Below the pieces are notes generated by a model. The model was not told the origin of the DNA and ran no database searches. It worked only from the letters and a program-made list of their open reading frames with translations. Of a DNA stretch of 64,000 nt, positions 57,550 through 64,000 are shown in pieces. The stretch comes from Promethearchaeota archaeon (GTDB taxonomy: Archaea; Asgardarchaeota; Heimdallarchaeia; Hodarchaeales; Hodarchaeaceae), in contig JBHLMN010000003.1 of the NCBI GenBank assembly GCA_048938105.1, forward strand, positions 192,001-256,000. The letters run 5' to 3'. Both the position numbers and the translations under genes were made by a program. Numbering within the stretch: the stretch's first letter is position 1; the number at the start of each line of letters is the position of its first letter.

Positions 57550-58047
57550 ATGGTATTTGAGATTATTGTGTTTAATGGCCTATTTTATACAACTAGTTGT
57601 ACTATATATCTGTTGATTTTCATGATTACTTTCAATCCTCGAATATGGGGTTATCAGGATTATCCAGAGAAAATCAAGGAAAAAGTACCACCACAAACTC
57701 GAAGAGAAAGAATTATCGCGGGTTTGGTGGGCATACCCTGGTTATTGTTCCTTCTAGGTTATCCTTTGATTTCTACAATTTCCTTAAAAACTGAGTTTAA
57801 TGGTGAAATTCCATACGAAATAGCATTTTTGAACATATTTTTCATGGTTTTTTCGTTTTTTCTAATTGATTTAGTAGTTCTAGATTGGTTAATTATAAGC
57901 AAAATTACCCCAAAGTTTGTAATCATTGAGGGTACCACTCCTGAAGATTATAAAGATTTTTCTCATCATTATAAAGGTCATCTTATTGCAGTTATTCCTC
58001 TAATTTTGATTTGTGTTGTATTTTCCGCAATTATTATATTTTTTTAG
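57550..58047 (+). CDS. Conserved 4-TM membrane protein of unknown function
   Basis: 'DYPEKIK', 'DLVVLDWL....TPKFVII.GT....YKD..HH'; hydrophobic segments. Confidence 0.7.
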   Translation: MVFEIIVFNGLFYTTSCTIYLLIFMITFNPRIWGYQDYPEKIKEKVPPQTRRERIIAGLVGIPWLLFLLGYPLISTISLKTEFNGEIPYEIAFLNIFFMVFSFFLIDLVVLDWLIISKITPKFVIIEGTTPEDYKDFSHHYKGHLIAVIPLILICVVFSAIIIFF

Positions 58048-58184
58048 TACCTCTAATCACTTTCCTTATCAAAAGGGAGGATATTTATTCACATCTTTGA
58101 TAGAGTATGTGTATAGTTCAACTTATCCTCGTTAATTGTAGTCGAATTATGGTTACTGACACATTTACCACAGGAGATAGTTAT

Positions 58185-58292
58185 ATGACAGATATGAATA
58201 ACCTAATCTTTTTAATGTATATAATTTTCGGCATAGGCGTTTTTATTTTTGAATCATATAAGATCTGGAAGATGAATCCCGAGCAAATATAG
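58185..58292 (+). CDS. Possible single-TM microprotein (35 aa) or gene remnant
   Basis: AGGAGA SD then MTDMNNLIFLMYIIFGIGVFIFESYKIWKMNPEQI*. Confidence 0.3.
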   Translation: MTDMNNLIFLMYIIFGIGVFIFESYKIWKMNPEQI

Positions 58293-58444
58293 TAATTGAA
58301 GCCTTCTGAAAAACCCTCAGACAAGAATTACTCCACGCTATCAACAATCAATGTACACATTATCCTTGAAAGAAGTCTTCTCTATGTCGTAAAATCATCA
58401 TTTTGCGACATTAGATTAAAAAACTCTGAAATCTAGATTCTACT

Positions 58445-59146
58445 TTACTTGCTATATTCACCTTGAAGGGGAACATACAAGACTTTCTCGATTGATTTTT
58501 TTGTAATTTTTCCACCAACTCCTTTTTCAAGTAAAATGAGATCTTGGCCTCTTCCAGGTACCTCACAAGGTGTAATTAACTTCCCTCCTTCTTTAAGCTG
58601 ATAAATAAGAGGAGGTGGAATCTGGATACAGGCTGCAGTTAAACATATTTTATCATATGGAGCATTCTGTAGATACCCTTTTCCTCCATCTCCCTCAATT
58701 AAAAATAAATTCAAGTATTTAAATTGAGAGACCCTTTTTTTGGCATATAGATATGTTTCATGATCTATTTCGATTGAGGTAACCAATCCATTTGGCCTAA
58801 CTATTTCTGCAGCTAAAACTGCTCCATAGCCAGAACCCGTCCCCACTTCGAGAAATCTGTCACCAGGAGATAATCCAATTGCCTCATAAAACATTGGATA
58901 CGAATGTGGACAGGATATCGTTGCTTTTCTTCCAGGAAGAGGAAACGGAAGTTCTTCGTAAGTATGATCTCGATATTGAAATGGAACAAATAATTCACGA
59001 GGGATTTTAAGTATTGCTTCCTCAATAACTTTTGATTTAAGAAAACCCCTTCTTTTCAAAGAAGCTATTTTTTTTCGTCTTTCGTGATTAAAATTCTCCT
59101 TAGTTTTTACTGATGGCTTGGGAGGAGGAATGATCCATCCGAACAT
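58445..59146 (-). CDS. pcm: Protein-L-isoaspartate O-methyltransferase
   Basis: 'IPRELFVP', 'TISCPH', 'LEVGTGSGY', 'GDG..GY...APYDKI', 'QLKEGG', 'YVPL'. Confidence 0.93.
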   Translation of the reverse strand: MFGWIIPPPKPSVKTKENFNHERRKKIASLKRRGFLKSKVIEEAILKIPRELFVPFQYRDHTYEELPFPLPGRKATISCPHSYPMFYEAIGLSPGDRFLEVGTGSGYGAVLAAEIVRPNGLVTSIEIDHETYLYAKKRVSQFKYLNLFLIEGDGGKGYLQNAPYDKICLTAACIQIPPPLIYQLKEGGKLITPCEVPGRGQDLILLEKGVGGKITKKSIEKVLYVPLQGEYSK

Positions 59147-59295
59147 TCGGCTTCAACCTTGTACATGAATAATAAAACTAAATTGAATAGTTAAATTATA
59201 CAGGAATTACTCTCAAAATAAGCTTTTAACCTCTTTACCTGGTTCAAACCAATTAAAGATCATTCTTTCTTATTTTATTCTAGGAGAATTTACAA

Positions 59296-60168
59296 ATGGG
59301 TTTATGCTTTGGTGTCAGACCCTTTGAGTTTCAAGACTTTATTGGGATGATACAAAAAGGACAAATAGATATAACCAGTGTAAACTATACTGATGTAGTA
59401 AAAAACAGCTTACAAGGCAATTTTCACCATTTTGAGATTACTGGTGATTTAGCATATGTTTTACCAGGACTTCTTCATAAGAATATAATAGATCAAATAA
59501 ATGAGTTCAGATTAAGCAATAATTACACTTGTTCAGTCCACTTACCTCTTTGGTCAATCGAATTAGCATCACCCAATGTTCACATAAGAAAAGCCTCAAT
59601 TGAATGCATTATTGAAACAATAGAATTGACTAGGCAATTAAATCCTATTTGTTGGATAATACACGCAACTGGAGCATTGATTTCAGAATTTTCACGAATC
59701 AATTTACCAAATTTTGTGAAATCATATTTATACAAACAATTTGCTTCAACTGCGCAAGAAAGTATAGAACAAATTCTTAGTCAGACAAATATTTCTTCAC
59801 GGAAAATAGCTGTTGAGAATGTTGAATTTCCTTTCAGAGAAATGGAGGAATGTTTAGAAAATCTAGATTTAAGCGTGTGTTTTGATACTGGACATCTTCT
59901 AGCTGGTTATTCTGGAGAATGGGAGGGAGGAGTTGTAGAGTTTTTCGAATCATACAAAGATCGTATCATCGAATTACATCTTCACGATGGGAAGAAACCA
60001 CGAATAGACCATAAACCTCTCGGTCAGTATGATCTTCCTGTCAAAGAGTTATTAACCAGTTTACTGGAGAATAGTTTTTCAGGTCCAATTGTTTTCGAAA
60101 TAGACCTTGAGGATGTAAAAGAAGCGATAATTTATATACAGGAGAAAGTACCTGAAGCTATACTTTGA
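59296..60168 (+). CDS. Xylose-isomerase-like/AP-endonuclease-2 TIM barrel, CbiR (cobamide-remodelling phosphodiesterase)-like
   Basis: 'SVHLPL', 'IIHAT', 'AVENV', 'FDTGHL', 'LHLHDG', 'DH..LG', 'VFEI'. Confidence 0.7.
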   Translation: MGLCFGVRPFEFQDFIGMIQKGQIDITSVNYTDVVKNSLQGNFHHFEITGDLAYVLPGLLHKNIIDQINEFRLSNNYTCSVHLPLWSIELASPNVHIRKASIECIIETIELTRQLNPICWIIHATGALISEFSRINLPNFVKSYLYKQFASTAQESIEQILSQTNISSRKIAVENVEFPFREMEECLENLDLSVCFDTGHLLAGYSGEWEGGVVEFFESYKDRIIELHLHDGKKPRIDHKPLGQYDLPVKELLTSLLENSFSGPIVFEIDLEDVKEAIIYIQEKVPEAIL

Positions 60169-61028
60169 TGAAAAAGGCAACTAATGGGATAAAAATAGAG
60201 GAAAAACCAATGGAACAGATTTCTGATCTTCTAAAAAGACACACTAGTTTTATAGTACTGATAACGATCATCTATTTTTTTTCAGCTATCACTGTTCTTA
60301 TTATGCCAAAGGGGTTTGAGATTTCTCAACTGACTGATAGTTACATTCTCTTTGGTCCTTCTCTTTCAGCTATTATCTTATTATTAACCATTGGAGGATA
60401 CCTTGTCTATCGCTATCTGATAAAACCGTCTCCTCGAAAGGAAAGTATGTATCAACTCATTTGGGGAGTGTCTTTCTTACTTTACAGTATTACTTTTATT
60501 GGTATGTGTATACAATCCCTTGGGTTCCAATTTGCTGATATGGATGATCCATTTATTTTTCTTCTTTGGCGAAATCCAATGATCTTGTGGGCCACTGGTA
60601 TGTTCATTGGTACAATGATGTTGTTTACAGAAGATAAAAAGGTAATTTATATCCCAGCATTAATAATCCTCCTCGCTGGTGAATTTTGGTTCTCTTTTCG
60701 TCTTGTACTCTTTGTAGATGCAAATTCTATTGAACAAACCATGTATGGATTCCTATTTGGCGAATTTATTCCAGTATCAGTATTGATTGCTTATCTTTTC
60801 TATTCTTACGGGAAAAATTCTAAATTATCTTCCGCATGGATGCTGACAATTGGCTTTTCTCTATTATCCTTAACCTATGCAGCTTGGGCGCCATGGCATT
60901 TTTCAGATCTTCGATACATCTACTTTATTTGGTTTGACCTATTTCTTGTTTCATTAGCGTTTATATTGACTGGTTTTTTTGCATTACCAAAGGAGATAAT
61001 GAGTAAATTAGAAACTGAAGAATATTAG
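60165..61028 (+). CDS. Polytopic membrane protein of unknown function (about 8 TM)
   Basis: Hydrophobic segments throughout; overlaps the upstream stop (translational coupling). Confidence 0.75.
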   Translation: MMKKATNGIKIEEKPMEQISDLLKRHTSFIVLITIIYFFSAITVLIMPKGFEISQLTDSYILFGPSLSAIILLLTIGGYLVYRYLIKPSPRKESMYQLIWGVSFLLYSITFIGMCIQSLGFQFADMDDPFIFLLWRNPMILWATGMFIGTMMLFTEDKKVIYIPALIILLAGEFWFSFRLVLFVDANSIEQTMYGFLFGEFIPVSVLIAYLFYSYGKNSKLSSAWMLTIGFSLLSLTYAAWAPWHFSDLRYIYFIWFDLFLVSLAFILTGFFALPKEIMSKLETEEY

Positions 61029-61036
61029 CCTTGATT

Positions 61037-61552
61037 TTAGTTGTTTACTGCTCTAAAGATATCTCTTAATTGAATTAAAGCATTTTTAATTAATTGAAAG
61101 GGTCGTTCAAATGGAGGATTAAAATAGGGGTCTGGAACATTATCACTGATTCCTAAAGTAAATTCTAGTAATAGAAAGGTCTGTCCCCTAAATTTTTTGG
61201 GTATTCTTCGAATATGGTTTCTCTCCATAACTAATACAAGATCCGTATCATGAAACATGTTGGGATAATCAAGAAAATATCTTGGTGTGAATTCAGCAAT
61301 TCTTTCAGCTGAAACACCTTCCCTTAACAGCATATCACGAGCTTCCATTGAGATAGAATAGTTGCGATATGTAACCCCACCTGATTTTATGCGTATTTTC
61401 TTCTTTAGCTTCAAGTCTTCTTCAATGAGGTGTTCAAAAAGCAGATGGGCATAGGGGCTTCGAATAATATTCCCTGAACAAATAAAAATAATATTGAAGC
61501 TATTTGCTTCTCTGAATTTCTGTAAAATAATTTTTTTTTGGTTTTCATACAA
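61037..61552 (-). CDS. Low-molecular-weight protein phosphatase (LMW-PTP family)
   Basis: P-loop 'ICSGNIIRSP', 'DLVLVME..H', 'VPDPY'. Confidence 0.9.
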   Translation of the reverse strand: MYENQKKIILQKFREANSFNIIFICSGNIIRSPYAHLLFEHLIEEDLKLKKKIRIKSGGVTYRNYSISMEARDMLLREGVSAERIAEFTPRYFLDYPNMFHDTDLVLVMERNHIRRIPKKFRGQTFLLLEFTLGISDNVPDPYFNPPFERPFQLIKNALIQLRDIFRAVNN

Positions 61553-61605
61553 GGATTCAATTTTCCTATCAATTTCTTCTGACTCTCATGTGAATAGTAA
61601 TCCTA

Positions 61606-62955
61606 TCAGCTGAGTGAGCTGGGGATTAAGGGTTGGATGTATTTTGCTAAAGCTCTTAAGGAAAATTTCTCCAATCCGACCTGAAAATTCTGTTCAACCA
61701 TTTTTTCCCTAAAGATTGGTTCTGTCAAGACTCTAATGGTTTCTTCTGCAGCTCTTTCCATTATTTCTGATGATACGCTTACTAAACCATCTTTGTCTTT
61801 ATCAACTATATTAGAACCAAAGGAAATCGTTTTGAATCCTTCACACCCTATATCTGATTTATAAACATCATATTCATAAAGGATAATAGGTAATTTGGCT
61901 TTCACTGCTTCTAGGAATTGATTTCCCCAACCCTCGTGTAAGCTAGGATATGTAACTAGATCAGCATGGACATAACTATCCCAGAGCGAATATCTTTTTC
62001 TAGGAGTAGAGGTTCTTTCACTAGCAAAATACTCGTTACAAAAACTATATTTTATCTTAAATTTCCTCAACTTAGTTTCAAGTTTTTCTGCGTAATCAGT
62101 ATCCTCAATAAGATTAGGGAGAATAAATATAATTTTGTTATTGAATTGTCTACCATTGTATAATGGTTTTTCTCGCAATTTACTGAGATTTTTTGGTTTA
62201 TTTAGTTCATGTATCAGATCAATGGCCAATTCAATCCCTTTTCTTTTAACGACCCTCGTTGCTTGGAGTACAAGAATATCATTTTCCCCAACACCTATTT
62301 TTTCACGTAGATCTCTATTAAAGTTATCAATTTTCCAGGGGGGTTCAGAGAAATAAAAAACATTTGGTACAACTGTTGATTCTATGTTTTTTCTTTCTTT
62401 CAGTTGCTTTTGGGCTAAACGATTAATCACGACATGTTTTAAAAGAGGAAGATCTACTGGGGGAAAGAGATGATCTAAATACTGTTGTATTAATGGAATT
62501 GTTGGATTATATTTTCTACTTTCCCAATAAAAGTCGTGATTATGGCTCACACCATGCAATCTGTTACTATCAATTACTTGGTAGAGGGCGATTGTTGCAG
62601 AAATGTTTAGTGGTAAGCTGAATATATTATTAGGAATGATAAACTCAATTTTATGACGATCAATGAATTTTTGAAGCTTTAGTTTTGTTTTCTCAACTAT
62701 TAATTGGATTTCCTTTTTAAAATCGTATGCGGTTTCATAATCAGATAATTCAATGAAAGCATTCTTAAATATCTTCAAGCTTGGTTCATAATCAAGCCCC
62801 AATTCTGGAATTTTGTAACCATCACTGGAACCTAAGGTTCCTGCAACGTAATAAACGTCATGGCCAGCATTTTCTAATATTATCTTCCATTTATCCATCT
62901 CTAGAGATACTCCGTCAAGCTCACCTACCCTAAAGTGTGCCATTCCAATCTGCAT
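61606..62955 (-). CDS. GT4 glycosyltransferase (mannosylglucosylglycerate synthase-like)
   Basis: 'DGVSLEMDKW', 'HNHDFYWE', 'QATRVVKRKGIE', 'TYPSLHEGWGNQFLEA'. Confidence 0.85.
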   Translation of the reverse strand: MQIGMAHFRVGELDGVSLEMDKWKIILENAGHDVYYVAGTLGSSDGYKIPELGLDYEPSLKIFKNAFIELSDYETAYDFKKEIQLIVEKTKLKLQKFIDRHKIEFIIPNNIFSLPLNISATIALYQVIDSNRLHGVSHNHDFYWESRKYNPTIPLIQQYLDHLFPPVDLPLLKHVVINRLAQKQLKERKNIESTVVPNVFYFSEPPWKIDNFNRDLREKIGVGENDILVLQATRVVKRKGIELAIDLIHELNKPKNLSKLREKPLYNGRQFNNKIIFILPNLIEDTDYAEKLETKLRKFKIKYSFCNEYFASERTSTPRKRYSLWDSYVHADLVTYPSLHEGWGNQFLEAVKAKLPIILYEYDVYKSDIGCEGFKTISFGSNIVDKDKDGLVSVSSEIMERAAEETIRVLTEPIFREKMVEQNFQVGLEKFSLRALAKYIQPLIPSSLS

Positions 62956-63266
62956 TTAGATCAACAAGCTCATTAGAGGATTTAATGGAGAATTAATTTA
63001 TTTGTATATTAATAGTATGGTTGAATCTTTTTCACACAAAATAAGTTGCTTTTCATTCGTATTACTCCCAATCCACCAAATTAATACCCTTCTGGTAGAT
63101 TCGTTAATTTTTACATAATCTTTTTAAAATCTTGAAAGGAAGTTTAGTACTACTCTTAAAGTTACTAAAAAGAAAAAGTTGTTAGCAACACTTCTCTATT
63201 TTTAAAGTAAATCTTTTTTAGTATCTAAAGAGAAGGTAAAAAAGAAATATTAGTAGGTAATTATGT

Positions 63267-64000
63267 ATGAAAAAAAGAAAAACACTTCTAAGCCTAATAG
63301 TGGCCACAATGATGTTGGTATCATTGCTTTCTATGGTACCACAGACAAATGCAGCACCTACCAAAGATGAATTCGAAATTGTTGTACCATGGGGTTTGGA
63401 TCATCCCCGAGGCAAGATCATCAAATCCATGATCACAAACCATTCTACGCTTGGAGACAAATACGATTATGTCTTTACTGCAGTAGGAGGTAGCCCCTCA
63501 GATCGGGATGCTTTAACAGCACGTTTCTTAGCAGCTGACTATCCTGAGCTTATCATAACAACACAAGATTGGTATACCGAATTTTCCTTGATGCCCATCT
63601 GGCATAATTTTGCTCCTATGATTGCAGGATGGACGGCAGCAGAAAGAACAGATATTCCTGCTGGTTGGTGGAGTATTTTAGACTTCAACAATGGTGACGG
63701 TACAGGTGATTATATCTTTGCCCTTCCTTTCTTTGGTCAATCCATTCTCCCTTATGTCAATACGGATATCTTTAAAGATGCAGGTCTAAATTACACTCAT
63801 CCAGAAGAGGATCTCGAGGATGTCGACGAATTTCTAGCTGCTTGTGAGGCAATTGATACTGATGGTAATATCGCCTTTGCTATGGTTGGTGATGGTAGCT
63901 CGGATACCACTTACATGAACTATATGCTCGGTTCAACAGATAATTACATATCTGATCGTTTTGGAACAGCAACAGGTGTCCCAACAGTTATGGCATGGGG
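63267..64000 (+). CDS. Extracellular solute-binding protein of a sugar-type ABC transporter (3'-truncated by window edge; not in ORF track)
   Basis: MKKRKTLLSLIVATMMLVSLLSMVPQTNA signal peptide; '...ADYPELII...IFALPF...YVNTDIFKDAGL'; frame runs toward the window end. Confidence 0.8.
   Translation, partial: MKKRKTLLSLIVATMMLVSLLSMVPQTNAAPTKDEFEIVVPWGLDHPRGKIIKSMITNHSTLGDKYDYVFTAVGGSPSDRDALTARFLAADYPELIITTQDWYTEFSLMPIWHNFAPMIAGWTAAERTDIPAGWWSILDFNNGDGTGDYIFALPFFGQSILPYVNTDIFKDAGLNYTHPEEDLEDVDEFLAACEAIDTDGNIAFAMVGDGSSDTTYMNYMLGSTDNYISDRFGTATGVPTVMAW

Noticed and set aside
1993-62356. Many 60-125 aa ORFs overlapping or antisense to larger genes (e.g. 1993-2202, 14731-15069, 31842-32096, 34619-34927, 47362-47739)
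   Set aside because: Shadow frames of well-supported genes, with no motifs.
1-64000. rRNA, tRNA and CRISPR arrays
   Set aside because: No GC-rich structured RNA block, cloverleaf or regularly spaced repeat-spacer series seen by eye; a covariance-model search was not possible.

Overview
AT-rich, gene-dense archaeal chromosome segment, most consistent with an Asgard archaeon (Heimdallarchaeia/Hodarchaeales-like). This is inferred from two Arf-like GTPase fusions, a uDENN/longin-like protein, a histone doublet, kynureninase, SmsCB and large C-terminally anchored surface proteins. About 53 CDS are supported. I saw no rRNA, tRNA or CRISPR array, and one tnpB-only IS200/IS605-family element with a recognisable right end. 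The best candidate for an undescribed system is 7.3-20.9 kb. There an FGGY kinase is paired with a class-III PLP enzyme carrying phospho-lyase (ETNPPL/PHYKPL-like) rather than transaminase motifs, next to SCP2, Fe-ADH, tungsten AOR, PlsC, acyl-CoA ligase and a SAMP/MoaD with a masked di-Gly. This suggests an amino-alcohol/amino-lipid to aldehyde to acyl-CoA route. Other notable items: a divergent Arf-like GTPase fused to a winged helix, a PAS-PAS pseudo-histidine kinase, an orphan CheR with a triplicated N-domain, an asymmetric histone doublet followed by an orphan Zn-finger-containing adenine methylase, a Ca2+ pump with the full SERCA two-site signature, a form IV RuBisCO-like protein, and a 50-aa Zn-finger ORF missing from the ORF track. 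All family calls come from motif recognition by eye; no searches were run.
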